Source: Squalus acanthias (taxonomy: Eukaryota). Taken from it: a stretch of 64,000 nucleotides of DNA. The stretch is from positions 142,664,001-142,728,000 of the forward strand of contig CM059432.1 of assembly GCA_030390025.1 (NCBI GenBank), given 5' to 3'. A model generated the notes under the pieces. That model saw only the letters and a list, made by a program, of their open reading frames with translations, was not told the DNA's origin and made no database searches. The translations under genes were made by a program, and so were the position numbers. Each line of letters starts with the position of its first letter. Position 1 is the stretch's first letter. This document shows positions 36,140 through 50,034 of this stretch, in pieces.

Positions 36140-37130
36140 AGCTGTAGCTCAGTGGTAGCACTCCTGCTTCGGAGTCAGAGGGCATGGGTTCAAATCCCAC
36201 CTCCAGAGATTTGAGCACAAAATCTAGGCCAACATTCCCAGTGCAGTACTGAGGGAGTGCTGCAGTACTGAGGGAGTGCTGCAGTACTGAGGGAGTGCTG
36301 CAGTACTGAGAGAGTGCTGCAGTACTGAGAGAGTGCTGCAGTACTGAGGGAGTGCTGCAGTACTGAGGGAGTGCTGCAGTACTGAGAGAGTGCTGCAGTA
36401 CTGAGAGAGTGCTGCAGTACTGAGGGAGTGCTGCAGTACTGAGGGAGTGCTGCAGTACTGAGAGAGTGCTGCAGTACTGAGAGAGTGCTGCAGTACTGAG
36501 AGAGTGCTGCAGTACTGAGGGAGTGCTGCAGTACTGAGGGAGTGCTGCAGTACTGAGAGAGTGCTGCAGTACTGAGGGAGTGCTGCAGTACTGAGAGAGT
36601 GCTGCAGTACTGAGGGAGTGCTGCAGTACTGAGAGAGTGCTGCAGTACTGAGAGAGTGCTGCAGTACTGAGGGAGTGCTGCAGTACTGAGGGAGTGCTGC
36701 AGTACTGAGAGAGTGCTGCAGTACTGAGGGAGTGCTGCAGTACTGAGGGAGTGCTGCAGTACTGAGGGAGTGCTGCAGTACTGAGGGAGTGCTGCACTGC
36801 CGGAGATGCCGTTGTTTACATATGATGTTAAACCGAGGTCCCCGTCTGCCCTCTTGGGTGGATGTAAACGATCCCGTGGCACTACTTCGAAGAAGAGCAG
36901 AGGAGTTCTCCCCAGTGTCGTGGGCCAATATTTATCCCTTAAGCAACATCTCTAAGACAGGTTACCTGGTCATTATCACATTGCTGTTTGTGGGAGCTTG
37001 CTGTGCGCAAATTGGCTGCCGCGTTTCCTACATTACAACAGTGACTCCACTTCAAAAGTACTTAATTGGTTGTAAAGCGCTTTGGGATGTCCTGAGGTCG
37101 TGAAAGGCACTATATAAATGCAAGTCTTTC
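36140..37130 (+). mobile_element. Full DeuSINE containing a 19-bp tandem array
   Basis: Head 36140-36242, then array, then body and tail 36796-37130. Confidence 0.88.
36243..36795. repeat. 19-bp minisatellite GCAGTACTGAGRGAGTGCT, about 29 copies
   Basis: Near-perfect tandem units differing at one G/A position. Confidence 0.97.
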
Positions 37131-37331
37131 TTCTCCCCCCATTCTTCCATAATTGATAAGTCTCCATTAAGGATCCTTTATTAGTTGGATAGGTAGGTTA
37201 GTGAATTGGAAATCCTGCAATGTTCTCTCCTTATTTATGTCACTGTGAACAATGCCATACTTGCTACATGATGAGATAAATTAAGTGTACTTTCCTCATG
37301 CTAAAGGACTTTTGACGTTTTCTCAAGTGCC

Positions 37332-37612
37332 CTACCTATTCGTCAGACTGGAACATAGGAGCAGGTGGAGGCCATTCAGCCCTTCGAGGCTGCTCCGCCA
37401 TTCAATTAGATCCTGGCTGATCTGGATCTCAACTCCATTTCTCTTGATACCCTTACCCAACAAGAATCTATCCATCTCAGTCTTGAAAGTTCCAATTGAC
37501 CCCCCAGCCTCCAAAGCCTATTGGCGGAAGAGGGAGATCCAGATGTCCACTACCCTTTGTGTGAAGAAGTGCTTCCTGAATTCACCCCTGAACAGCCTGG
37601 CTCTAATTCTAG
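37332..37612 (-). mobile_element. CR1 3' end fragment
   Basis: FKTEMDRFLLGKGIK; EFRKHFFTQRVV. Confidence 0.7.
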
Positions 37613-38504
37613 TTCTAACCCCATGGAATAGTAGCCAAGCATAAGGCCAGGATACAAGGCGGCGGAGCGGGGTGGGCGGTGGGGGGGGGTGGTATGGAAT
37701 AAAACCATAGGAAAATGACATCACAGGGAATTGAAATTCAGCTGTAAAAGGAGTGTAAAACGGGCGGTAGCAGACTGGCTGCCCATTATACACCCGCCCG
37801 ATCTTCCTGTCCACTGACATCAATAGATAGGAACATCAGGCGAGGTTCAGAAAGGACGACCGATGCGCTAACAGCCATTTTCATAGAATCCTAGACTCTC
37901 ACAGCACAGAAGGAGGCCATTCGGCCCATCGTGCAAAGAGCTATCCAACTAGTCCCACTCTCCCTGCACATTCCCCGTAGCCCTGCAAACTTTCTCCCCT
38001 TCAAGTATTTATCCAAGATGACTTTCACCCCCCACAGTCGGCGGCTTTTGCTGGAAGCGGTCAGTAAACGATGAAACATGCTAACTGCCCTATACTCATT
38101 CCATCTTTCAAAATGTGGGACTGCCAAACACACAGGCAGTGTATTTTAAATGTTACACATGTGTATCAGCAGTTCACAGCCCACTTAAGTTCGATCAATG
38201 AAGCTGGATTTGCAAAGTGGTCAGAGGTTTCTAATTAACTTACCGACTAATATTCACAGCTTAAAGCAAACCACCTTTGATCTCCTTTAAAATGGTTTGT
38301 GGAAAAGTTTATACTTCGACATCTGAAAAATGGGGAAAATGTCTAGTAGAGAAGATTCATTATTCCTCAAAGCCACAACGGAACATCTGGAAGTGTGGAT
38401 CCCACTGCTTCATGTGTCATAGGTAGAGGATATAACAGCTTGAAAGAGCTGCTCTGGAGGGTCTCCTTGTCCATAGTTATGGCCATATTTGGTGGTGAGA
38501 GAAA

Positions 38505-41500
38505 AAGAAAGAAAGAACTCGCATTTCTACAGCACCTTTCATGACCTCAGGATGTCCCAAAGCGCTTTACAGCCAATGACATGCCTTTGAAGTGTAGCCA
38601 CTCTTGTAATGTAGGAAACGCGGCAGCCAATTTGCGCACAGTAAGCTCCCACAGACAGCAATGTGATAAAGACCGGATAATCTGTTTTTAGTGATGTTGG
38701 ATGACGGATAAATATTGGCCAGGACACTGGGGCAGAACTCCTATGCTCTTCTTTGAAATAGAGGGCAGACGGGGCCTCGGTTTAACGTCTCACCCACAAG
38801 ACGGCACCTCCGACAGTGCCACACTCCCTCAGTACTGTCCCTCCGACAGTGCAGCGCTCCCTCAGTACTGCCCCTCCGACAGTGCAACGCTCCTTCAGTA
38901 CTGGCCCTCCGACAGTGCAGCGCTCCCTCAGTACTGCCCCTCCGACAGTGCAGCACTTCCTCAGTACTGCCCCTCCGACAGTGCAGCACTCCCTCAGTAC
39001 TGCCCCTCCGACAGTGCAGCACTTCCTCAGTACTGTCCCCTCCGACAGTGCAGCGCTCCCTCAGTACTGGCCCTCCGACATTGCAGTACTCCCTCAGTTC
39101 TGCCCCTCTGATAGTGTGGCACACCCTCAGTACTGCCCCTCCGACAGTGCAGCGCTCCCTCAGTACTGCCCCTCCGACAGTGCAACGCTCCCTCAGTACT
39201 GATCCTCCGACAGTGCGGCACTCCCTCAGTACTGCCCCTCCGACAGTGCAATGCTCCCTCAGTACTGCCCTTCCGACGGTGCAGCCCTCCCTCAGTACTG
39301 GCCCTCCGACAGTGCAGCGCTCACTCAGTACTGCTCCTTCGACAGTGCAGCACTCACTCAGTACTGCCCCTCCGACAGTGCAGCACTCCCTCAGTACTGC
39401 CCCTCCGACAGTGCAGCACTCCCTCAGTACTGGCCCTCCGACAGTTCAGCGCTCCCTCAGTACTGCCCCTCCGACAGTGCAGCACTCCCTCAGTACTGCC
39501 CCTCCGACAGTGCAGCGCTCCCTCAGTACTGCCCCTCCGACAGTGCAGCAATCCCTCAGTACTGCCCCTCCGACAGAGCAGCGCTCCCTCAGTACTGCCC
39601 CTCCGACAGTGCAGCACTCCCTCAGTACTGCCCCTCCGACAGTGCCACACTCCCTCAGTACTGCCCTTCGGACAGTGCAGCACTCCCTCATTACTGCCCC
39701 TCCGACAGTGCAGCACTCCCTCAGTACTGCCCCTCTGACAGTGCAGTGCTCCCTCAGTACTGCCCCTCCGACAGTGCAGCACTCCCTCAGTACTGGCCCT
39801 CCGACAGTGCAGCACTCCCTCAGTACTGCACCTCCAGCAGTGCAGCACTCCCTCAGTACTGCCCCTCCGACAGTGCAGCACTCCCTCAGTACTGCCCCTC
39901 CGACAGTGCAGCACTCCCTCAGTACTGCACCTCCAGCAGTGCAGCACTCCCTCAGTACTGGACCTCCAACAGTGCAGCGCTCCCTCAGTACTGGCCCTCC
40001 GACTTTGCAGTACTCCCTCAGTACTGCCCCTCCGACAGTGCAGCACTCCCTCAGTACTGCCCCTCAAACAGTGCGGCGCTCCCACAGTACTGCCCTCTGA
40101 CAGTGCGGCACTCCCTCAGTACTGCCCCTCCGACAGTGCAGCACTCCCTCAGTACTGCCCCTCCGACAGTGCAGCACTTCCTCAGTACTGTCCCCTCCGA
40201 CAGTGCAGCGCTCCCTCAGTACTGGCCCTCCGACATTGCAGTACTCCCTCAGTTCTGCCCCTCTGATAGTGCGGCGCTCCCTCAGTACTGTCCCTCCGAC
40301 AGTGCAGCGCTCCCTCAGTACTGCCCCTCCGACAGTGCAACGCTCCCTCAGTACTGATCCTCCGACAGTGCGGCACTCCCTCAGTACTGCCCCTCCGACA
40401 GTGCAATGCTCCCTCAGTACTGCCCTTCCGACGGTGCAGCCCTCCCTCAGTACTGGCCCTCCGACAGTGCAGCGCTCACTCAGTACTGCTCCTTCGACAG
40501 TGCAGCACTCCCTCAGTACTGCCCCTCCGACAGTGCAGCACTCCCTCAGTACTGCCCCTCCGACAGTGCAGCACTCCCTCAGTACTGGCCCTCCGACAGT
40601 TCAGCGCTCCCTCAGTACTGCCCCTCCGACAGTGCAGCACTCCCTCAGTACTGCCCCTCCGACAGTGCAGCGCTCCCTCAGTACTGCCCCTCCGACAGTG
40701 CAGCAATCCCTCAGTACTGCCCCTCCGACAGAGCAGCGCTCCCTCAGTACTGCCCCTCCGACAGTGCAGCACTCCCTCAGTACTGCCCCTCCGACAGTGC
40801 CACACTCCCTCAGTACTGCCCTTCGGACAGTGCAGCACTCCCTCATTACTGCCCCTCCGACAGTGCAGCACTCCCTCAGTACTGCCCCTCTGACAGTGCA
40901 GCGACCCCTCAGTACTGCCCCTCCGACAGTGCAGCACTCCCTCAGTACTGGCCCTCCGACAGTGCAGCACTCCCTCAGTACTGCACCTCCAGCAGTGCAG
41001 CACTCCCTCAGTACTGCCCCTCCGACAGTGCAGCACTCCCTCAGTACTGCCCCTCCGACAGTGCAGCACTCCCTCAGTACTGCACCTCCAGCAGTGCAGC
41101 ACTCCCTCAGTACTGGACCTCCAACAGTGCAGCGCTCCCTCAGTACTGGCCCTCCGACTTTGCAGTACTCCCTCAGTACTGCCCCTCCGACAGTGCAGCA
41201 CTCCCTCAGTACTGCCCCTCAAACAGTGCGGCGCTCCCACAGTACTGCCCTCTGACAGTGCGGCACTCCCTCAGTACTGCCCCTCCGACAGTGCGGCACT
41301 CCCTCAGTACTGCCCCTCTGACAGTGCGGCGCCCCCTCAGTACTGGCCCTCCGACAGTGCAACGCTCCCTCAGTACTGATCCTTCGACAGTGCAGTGCTC
41401 CCTCAGTACTGCCCCTCCGACAGTGCAGCACTCCCTCAGTACTGCCCCTCCGACAGAGCAGCGCTGCCTCAGTACTGCCCCTCCGACAGTGCAGCACTCC

Positions 41501-43290
41501 CTCAGTACTGCCCCTCCGACAGTGCAGCAATCCCTCAGTACTCACCTTCCGACAGTGCAGCGCTCCCTCAGTACTGCCCCTCCGACAGTGCAGCACTCCC
41601 TCATTACTGCCCCTCCGACAGTGCAGCACTCCCTCAGTACTGCCCCTCTGACAGTGCAGTGCTCCCTCAGTACTGCCCCTCCGACAGTGCAGCACTCCCT
41701 CAGTACTGGCCCTCTGACAGTGCAGTGCTCCCTCAATACTGCCCCTCCGACAGTGCAGCACTCCCTCAGTACTGCACCTCCAGCAGTGCAGCACTCCCTC
41801 AGTACTGGACCTCCAACAGTGCAGCGCTCCCTCAGTACTGGCCCTCCGACAGTGCAGCACTCCCTCAGTACTGCCCCTCAAACAGTGCGGCGCTCCCTCA
41901 GTACTGCCCCTCCGACAGTGCGGCGACCCCTCAGTACTGATCCTCCGACAGTGCGGCACTCCCTCAGTACTGCCCCTCCGACAGTGCAGTGCTCCCTCAG
42001 TACTGCCCCTCCGACAGTGCAGCACTCCCTCAGTACTGCCCTCCGACAGTGCGGCACTCCCTCAGTACTGCCCCTCCGACAGTGCCGCACTCCCTCAGTA
42101 CTGCCCCTCCGACAGTGCAGCACTCCCTCAGTACTGCACCTCCAGCAGTGCAGCACTCCCTCAGTACTGGACCTCCAACAGTGCAGCGCTCCCTCAGTAC
42201 TGGCCCTCCGACTTTGCAGTACTCCCTCAGTACTGCCCCTCCGACAGTGCAGCACTCCCTCAGTACTGCCCCTCCGACAGTGCCGCACTCCCTCAGTACT
42301 GCCCCTCCGACAGTGCGGCGACCCCTCAGTACTGATCCTCCGACAGTGCGGCACTCCCTCAGTACTGCCCCTCCGACAGTGCAGTGCTCCCTCAGTACTG
42401 CCCCTCCGACAGTGCAGCACTCCCTCAGTACTGCCCTCCGACAGTGCGGCACTCCCTCAGTACTGCCCCTCCGACAGTGCCGCACTCCCTCAGTACTGCC
42501 CCTCCGACAGTGCGGCGACCCCTCAGTACTGATCCTCCGACAGTGCGGCACTCCCTCAGTACTGCCCCTCCGACAGTGCAGTGCTCCCTCAGTACTGCCC
42601 CTCCGACAGTGCAGCACTCCCTCAGTACTGCCCTTCCGACTGTGCAGCCCTCCCTCAGTACTGGCCCTCCGACAGTGCAACGCTCCCTCAGTACTGATCG
42701 TTCGACAGTGCAGTGCTCCCTCAGTACTGCCCCTCCGACAGTGCAGCACTCCCTCAGTACTGCCCCTCCGACAGTGCAGCACTCCCTCAGTACTGCCCCT
42801 CCGACAGTGCAGCACTCCCTCAGTACTGCCCCTCCAACGGTCCGGAGCTCCCTCAGTACTGCCCCTCCGACAGTGCAGCATTCCCTCAGTACTGTCCCTC
42901 CGACAGTGCAGCACTCCCTCAGTACTGCCCCTCCGACAGTGCAGTGCCCCCTCAGTACTGCCCCTCCGACAGTGCAGCACTCCCTCAGTACTGCCCCTCC
43001 GACAGTGCAGCACTCCCTCAGCTGCCCCTCCGACAGTGCGGCGCTCCCTCAGTACTGCCCCTCCGACAGTGCAGCGCTCCCTCAGTACTGCACCTCCGAC
43101 AGTGCAGCACTCCCTCAGTACTGCCCCTCCGACAGTGCAGCGCTCCCTCAGTACTGCCCCTCCGACAGTGCAGCACTCCCTCAGCTGCCCCTCCGACAGT
43201 GCGGCGCTCCCTCAGTACTGCCCCTCTGACAGTGCAGCACTCCCTCAGTACTGCACTGGAGTGTTGGCCTGGATTATGGGCTCAAGTTAC
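38505..43290 (-). mobile_element. DeuSINE expanded by a 4.4-kb internal array
   Basis: SINE tail and core at 38505-38810; SINE resumes CTGCACTGGAGTGTTGGCCTGGATT at ~43250. Confidence 0.85.
38809..43254. repeat. 33-bp minisatellite CAGTGCAGCACTCCCTCAGTACTGCCCCTCCGA, about 135 copies
   Basis: Tandem units; translate as (DSAALPQYCPS)n. Confidence 0.97.
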
Positions 43291-43831
43291 AAGACATGGT
43301 GTCCTCAAGTTGTAATTAAATAGCTCAGTTAAATCACAAGGAAGGTGAACAGTAGATGCCACGGCGAACATTGAACAGGCTTCTAACAAGCCCACACCAG
43401 CTTACGTTTCTGCTCTGACTTAACCGGAGGTGTGTAGGAAAGAACTCGACTTACCAAATGATGAGTCACTCTCAGGACCCCACTTGCAGAGATTCCCTGT
43501 GGTTGACACAGTTGCCTGTGTACAGCTGATCTCATTTGGAATTTACGCGGAATGTCGAACATTTAAAAATCTGTCTCTTACAATCTCTGCTATGTGAGAA
43601 GAATTCTTTCCCAGCGGATTGTTCAGGATGTGCTCTCAGTGCTACGAGGAAAAGGTATCCCCTCCTCACATCCATGTGTCACACCAAACAAGTCAGAGTG
43701 TCCCTCACATACGTACCACTCCCAACCCCATTGTTACGCCTTTACCGCCTTGTTGACAACAGGTGAAACAAGTTAAAATCTATATTTTTATATGTTCTTC
43801 TAAAGTGTATAATTGCCTGGTGCTATGACAA

Positions 43832-44500
43832 GGAACATAGGAACAGGAGGAGGCCATTCAGCCCTTCGAGCCTGTTCCGCTATTCAATTGGATCATGGCT
43901 GATCTGTATCTTAACTCCATCTACCCGACTTGGTTTAATAGCCCTTAATACCCTTACCTAACAAAAATCTATCTATCTCAGTTTTGAACTTTTCAATTGA
44001 CCCCCAAAGCCTAAACAGCATTTTGGGGGGAAAAAAGACTTGCATTTATATAGCGCCTTTCACGACCTCAGGACATCCCAAAGCGCTTTACAGCCAATGA
44101 AGTACTTTTGAAGTGTAGTCACCGCTGTAATGTAGGAGGCGCAGCAGCCAATTTACGCACAGCAAGCTCCCACAAACAGCAATGTGTTAATGACCAGGTA
44201 ATCTGTTTTTAGTGACGTTGATTGAGGGATAAATATTGGCCCCAGGACACCGGGGAGAACTCCACTGCTCTTCTTCGAAATAGTGCCGTGGGATCTTTTA
44301 CATCTGCCTGAGAGAGCAGACTTGTGTTCAAGTCTCTGGAGTGGGACTTGAACACACACCCTTCTGGCTCAGAGGTGAGAATGCCACCCACTGAGCCATG
44401 GCTGACACTCAAGAGAGAGTTCCAGATTTCCACCACCCTTTTTTGTGAAGAAGTGCTTCATGACATCACCCCTGAACGGCCTCGCTCTAATTTTAAGGTT
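43832..44500 (-). mobile_element. CR1 3' fragment interrupted by a DeuSINE (44035-44407)
   Basis: GGAACATAGGAACAGGAG terminus; SINE body inside. Confidence 0.75.
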
Positions 44501-44881
44501 ATGACGATGGAATTGATTAGCATCCAGCGTGTAATAATCAATAACATACCACTTGCCTGCACTGGCAGCTGGGTGGAGACAAGGTTACTGTGGGAGGGCA
44601 GATGTATGCATTCTCTGATCTGTTGGGCCAGCACATGTTTGAAAGTTTGTATTAGTAAAAGTAAAGCATGGGACAGTTCTCCTAAATCAGTTCAATGCAC
44701 CTCGAAAAACAGCTTAAGGTTCGGTTGCCCAACAACCCATGTCAGGCAAAACACTGACTGTGCGCCGACACCAACAGGCGGTCGAGCAGGTCTTCTGACG
44801 TAGCATCTGCCAGTATGGTCGTCATGCTTATGCCTCGCAGCTTCAAGCAGAGAATAATTTCAGAAAAGTTTGTTTCCCCTG

Positions 44882-45337
44882 GGTACCAGGCTTGAGGGAC
44901 TTCAGTTATGTGGAGACACCTGAGAAGCTGGGGTTGTTCTCCTTAGGGCAGAGAAGGTTCAGGGGAGATTTAATAGAGGCCATCAAAATCGTGAAGGGTT
45001 ATGATAGAGTAGATAAGGAGAAACTGTTTCCACTGGCAGCAGGGTCGGTAACCACAGGACACAGATTTAAGATAATTGGCAAAAGAACCAGAGGGGAGAT
45101 GAGGAGAATTTTCTTTACTGCAGCGAGTTGTTGTGATCTGGAACGCACTGCCTGAAAGGGCGGTGGAAGCAGATTCAACAGTAACTTTCGAAAGGGAATT
45201 GGATAAATACTTGAAAAGGAAAAAAAAAATTACAGGACCATTGGTAAAGAGCTGGGGGAGTAATTGGATCGCTCTTACAAAGAGCCAGCACAGGCACGAT
45301 GGGCCGAATGGCCTCCTTCTGTGCTGTAAGAGTCTAT
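44882..45337 (+). mobile_element. CR1 3' fragment
   Basis: [38 protein letters not shown]. Confidence 0.8.
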
Positions 45338-46229
45338 GGGGGAAAAACTCAGTTGGTTGCGCCTCCCGTTAGCGCCTTAAGAGGGCGCTAATGGGGCGCA
45401 AAGCATCTAGCGCCCAGGCGCGGCGATGTTTGCGCCGCTCGCGAAATTAACTAGACATTTTGCGGCGGCGCTAAACACTACCGCCACGATCTCCTGCGCC
45501 GGCAGATCGTGACGTCAGTCGAGTGCGCAACGCCCCGGTATCGTCCCGGAGCAGATATTGAGTGGCGCCCCCTGCCTTACCGCCTGACGCTAGCAACGAC
45601 AGGTTGAGGGGAGCGTTTTGCAGTCATGAATAGACTGGGGGAGCGCTATTTAAAGGTGACCGCTTCCTGCCTTTTATTGTTGGTGCCATTTTTGAACCAC
45701 GCATTCTGAGAGAGAGAGAGAGAGACTTCTGGAGAGATTCAACACTGTGTGAAGGAGTTTTGGGTACTGAGCTGCACTTTGCAGGTTCATTTTGATTTGC
45801 CATTCCTTGTATCGATTTAGAAGAGACTGTGGGGGCTGCACTCTGAGCTCTTTCCCTGGTACTCTCCATTGTTCTTTCCAGCAGATTTGATGTGCAGGTC
45901 TCTCCAGGCCAGGATTCAAGGCTGCAATGAGCAGGATGTGGATGGAAAGCAAGATCAACCATCCCCTTTAAGAACTGGCCGGTGCCATTGTGTGTGTGTT
46001 CCATTGCTGACTGACATCACATGAGCTTCGCCAGCGCTCTGAGGTAGCGCCTCACTCCTTGGCCTTTGCACCTTAAGACAGTTGTGAAGCGCCTGATTTA
46101 GCACTCCAATCACCTCCGGGGCGATAAAAGTCAAGTTTGCAGTCGGTGGCGATAATTAGCGCCAGGCGCTAATCTTTGCGCCCGGCCGATAATTGCGCCC
46201 CAAATGGGGCGATACTGAATTTCTCCCCC
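45338..46229. mobile_element. Non-autonomous TIR element with 3-bp TSD (PIF/Harbinger-like)
   Basis: TAT-[GGGGGAAAAACTCAGT..ACTGAATTTCTCCCCC]-TAT; homolog at 59041-59833. Confidence 0.8.
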
Positions 46230-46989
46230 TATGATTCTACCTCAGGTCAGTATCAGTGATTTAGATCTGATAAAAATTCTTTGAAATATGGCTTGGAAAT
46301 GTCTGGGGAAAAATATCAGTTTACTTTGAAGCGCTCAGTGTAATCACAAGATAAATTTTTAACAGTCTATTTAGATTCCATTTACTTCAATTGTGCCAGC
46401 ATTAAGAGCTTTTTACAACAGAATGCCATAATGACAGAGAGCAAATCCAGGATTCTTCCGGAATGGATTTAAAGAGACATTTGTTCACTAAATACACTGT
46501 GTTTTCAGTAACCCTACATCTGTGAGTCAAAGGAGACGGCAATTAGCTTTTTATATGGTTAGGGTAAAGTATGGTAATGTGAAGGCAGAAAGAAATGGTG
46601 TTTGACAGAGTAAGAGATGGACAAAAGAGAGTGGAAAAGAATGAGCTGATTTATTAGAGGTAAGTCTCCTCTGTCTCTCCATATTGATCTCTTCATTAAT
46701 AAACACAATAGAACTGGAATCTGTCATAGGTTTACAGGCCAAGAGGAAATACTTGCATGTCTAAAAATAAGAATCAAGTCAAAAAATGTTTCTCGGGAAT
46801 GATGAATAAAGTGTGTGCCCATCAACAGTCTCGTAACATCAGGGATAGACTTGGCACAAAAACAAAGCTAAATCGTAAAAACCCTCACCTTTTATGTCTC
46901 ATTTATAAACAGCTCAGTGTGTTCACTCTCTCCCTGGTAAATCACCCGTTTATGGACTTTTACCAGCAGTATGAAGAAAACTAAACGTG

Positions 46990-47728
46990 TATCCCTCTCC
47001 CTGGCCATTGTCTGAGGCTGAACCAGCCCGTTCACAACCTTGGTGTCTTGTTTGACACTGAGCTGGGCTCTCCACCACCAAGACCGCCTATTTCCACCTC
47101 CATAACATCTCCTGTCTCCGCCCCTGCCTCATCTCATCTGCTGCAGAATCCCTCATCCAAGCCTTTGTTACCTCTCAGACTCGACTATTCCAACGCACTC
47201 CTGGCCGGCCTCCCACGTTCTACCCTCCGTAAACCTGAGGTCATCCAAAACTCGGCTGCCCCGTGTCCTAACTCGCACCAAGTCCTGTTCACCCATCACC
47301 CCTGTGCTCGCTGACCTACATTGGCTCCCAGTTAAGCAGCGCCTCGATTTCAAAATTCTCCTCCTCGTTTTCAAATCCCTCCATGGCCTCGCCCCGTCCT
47401 ATTTCGCCTCTCCCCATCTCTAACCTCCTCCAGCTTTACAACCCTCCAAGATTTCTGTGTTCCTCCAATTCTGGCCTCTTGCACATCCCCGATTTTCAGC
47501 ACTCCACCATTGGCGGCTGTGCCTTCAGCCCGAAGCTCTCGAATTCCCTCCCTAAACCTCTCCGCCTCTCTCTCTCATCCTTTAAGACGCTCCTTAAAAC
47601 CTACCTCTTTGAACAAGCTTTTGGTCACCTGTCCTAATATCTCCTTATTTGGTTCGGTGTAAAATTTGTTTGATAATCGCTCCTGTGAAGCGCCTTGGGA
47701 CAGTTTACTGCGTTAAAGGCAAGTTGTT
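46990..47728 (+). mobile_element. L2-clade LINE 3' fragment
   Basis: RLDYSNALLAGLP..LRKPEVIQNSAA. Confidence 0.8.
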
Positions 47729-47754
47729 GCTGTAGGCATAATGTCAATACATTC

Positions 47755-48197
47755 AAAATTTACAAGGATGACACTAGAACTGAGAGGGTATAACCATCGG
47801 GAAAGACTGAACAGGCTGGGGCACTTTTCTCTAGAAAAGAGAAGGTCTTTAAATTTTAAAGGGGTTTGACAGGGTTGATGTGGAGAGAATGTTTCCACTT
47901 GTGGGAAGTCCCAAACTAGGGGCCATGAATACAAGATAGTCACTAATAAATACAACAAGGAATTCAGGAGAAACTTCACAGCCAAAGAGTGGTTAGAATG
48001 TGGAACTCACTGCCACAGGGAGTAGTTGAGGCGAATAGCAGAGATGCATTTAAGGGGAAGCTGGATAAGCACATGAGGGAGAAAGGAATAGAAGGTTATG
48101 CTGATAGGGTGAGATGAAGTAGGGTGGGAGGAGGCTCATGTGGAACATAAACACTGGCATGGACTAGTTGGGTTGAATGGTCTGTTTCTGTGCTGTA
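47755..48197 (+). mobile_element. CR1 3' fragment
   Basis: Same family as 6580-7075, opposite strand. Confidence 0.7.
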
Positions 48198-48199
48198 CG

Positions 48200-48650
48200 T
48201 TCTCTCGCCTCTGAGTCAGAACATTGTGGATTCCAATCTCACTCCAGAGACTTGAGTGCAAAATCTAGACTAACATTCCAGTGCATCACTGAGGCAGCGC
48301 TACACTGTCAGAGGTGCCGTCTTTCAGATAAGACATTAAACCAAGGTCCCATCTGCCCGCTTAGGTGGACGTAAAAGATTCCACAGCACTATTTTGAAGA
48401 AGAGCAGGGGAGTTCTACCCAGGGGAGCCCTGAACAATATGCATCCCTCAACCAAATTACTAAAAAAAACAGATCATCTGTTTACAAACGTGTTTATCGG
48501 TTTGTGGGAGCTTGCTGTGCACAAATTGGCTGCCATGCTTCCTACATTACAACAGCGACTACACTTTCAAAAAGTATTTGTTTGGCTGTAAAGCGCTTCA
48601 GGACATCCTGAGGTAATGAAAGGCGATATAGAAGTACAAGTCTTTCTTCC
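48200..48650 (+). mobile_element. DeuSINE copy
   Basis: Head, core and tail match the family. Confidence 0.8.
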
Positions 48651-48851
48651 TTTTTTCCTGCAAGCTTCGCTCCCTGTGAGGTGTGTGATTGTGGAATTGT
48701 CCCTTTTATGTCTGATTAAAAAAAAAATATATTTTTCCTTTTAACACATTAAACAGAATAGCCCTGAAATTCCACAGGGAGGTTCTATTGGTCTCTCGCT
48801 GTCACTCCATTTCCTTGGGGGCTTCTTTCTCCAGTCATTGCTGGAGACTCA

Positions 48852-49128
48852 GCTGGCCAACTTTAGTTGGATGTGTTCCTGGAGGTTTCATCATGTGACC
48901 TCCGGCCTCCGACTGCCCCTCCCGGTCAAACAGCCTCCCCCCCCACCCCACCGTCGCCCATCTCCAATATTTTTATGATTAATAAACAGAAGTGTTCAAA
49001 GAAAATTTTTCAAAATTAGCGCCTCCTATGAATTTTTCTGCCCGGGATTTTGCTCCCAGCAGTGTCCTGGGAGATTAATCTTCAATTCCCGGAGACTCCA
49101 GGACAATCCTGGAGGGTTGGCAAGCCTA
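48852..49128. mobile_element. Short TIR element, possibly hAT-type
   Basis: Right end TGGCAAGCCTA; related end TAGGGTTGCCAACTCTCCAGG at 53046-53115. Confidence 0.45.
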
Positions 49129-50034
49129 ATGGAGACTGGTAGAATTCCCAATCGAATTTTAAGGCTGGTGACATGAAGAGATACAAGAGAGGGAGAGTTG
49201 GCGTTGAGGGAGAAGAGAATGAGTGCACTGTGCTGTGCAGCAGTTCGAAAGAAGCGCTGACATGAGGGTCGGCAGGATTCCGTCACCACACTTGTAGCAA
49301 CAAATGTGCATTGTGCGAGTTCCATCTCTCTGAGCGCTTCATTGATCTGCTTGACTTTTAATCTTCAAACCTGCAATGTGCCTCCAAGTGTATATGTGGT
49401 CAGGCTGGTTAGACATTCCAAATAATAAAGAACCACATAAAAATAATCACAGCCTTACCAAGAGGCCAGGAGTCTCCCTGCTGCTGGCACCGTCAATGGC
49501 AAAGATTATTGTGGCAAGCTGCACGCTAGGCCAGGCCTCCGCTCAGGGCCCTTTGACGTCAGCACTTCTCCCGTTCAACTTAACTCATTGTCCGCCTGAG
49601 CGTGAAGCCAAGCCACAGACGGAAACTCTGACTAAGAACACTTGCCGGGTGTTTGCATTGGAACAACACGGTTCTGGAGAACGAGTGGACACACACACCA
49701 AGTCTTTAAAAACTGGGTTCCAGTGCTTTAAAAAAATTAAACAAGTGGAGCTCGAAGACCACGACTGACTGCTGCCTACGTAAACATGTCCAGTTTTTTT
49801 TTACAGCGTTATGCATGTTCCCTTTTTCCAAGTACTTTAGTTTAAACAGTTGGATAGTCAGTCGGCAGTTTCGTCTCTGCTGGATGAATGCAGATGAAAA
49901 GAGGTGCTGATTTGCAAACTTTTCCCTCTGAGGAAGTGACTCCAAAATCTATCTGGAAAGTTAGAGCAAAGTTGGATCAAATAATTCCAGCCAATTTTTT
50001 AAATATAAATAGAGATAACAAAAATCAGCGACTG

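Noticed and set aside
38701..43323. Long ORFs (up to 708 aa) of repeated DSAALPQYCPS or STAPPTVQHSL
   Set aside because: Artefact of a stop-poor 33-bp unit open in several frames on both strands, lying inside a SINE.
49026..49370. RLKVKQINEALREM, resembling a bHLH helix
   Set aside because: In-frame stop just upstream, no basic region or second helix.
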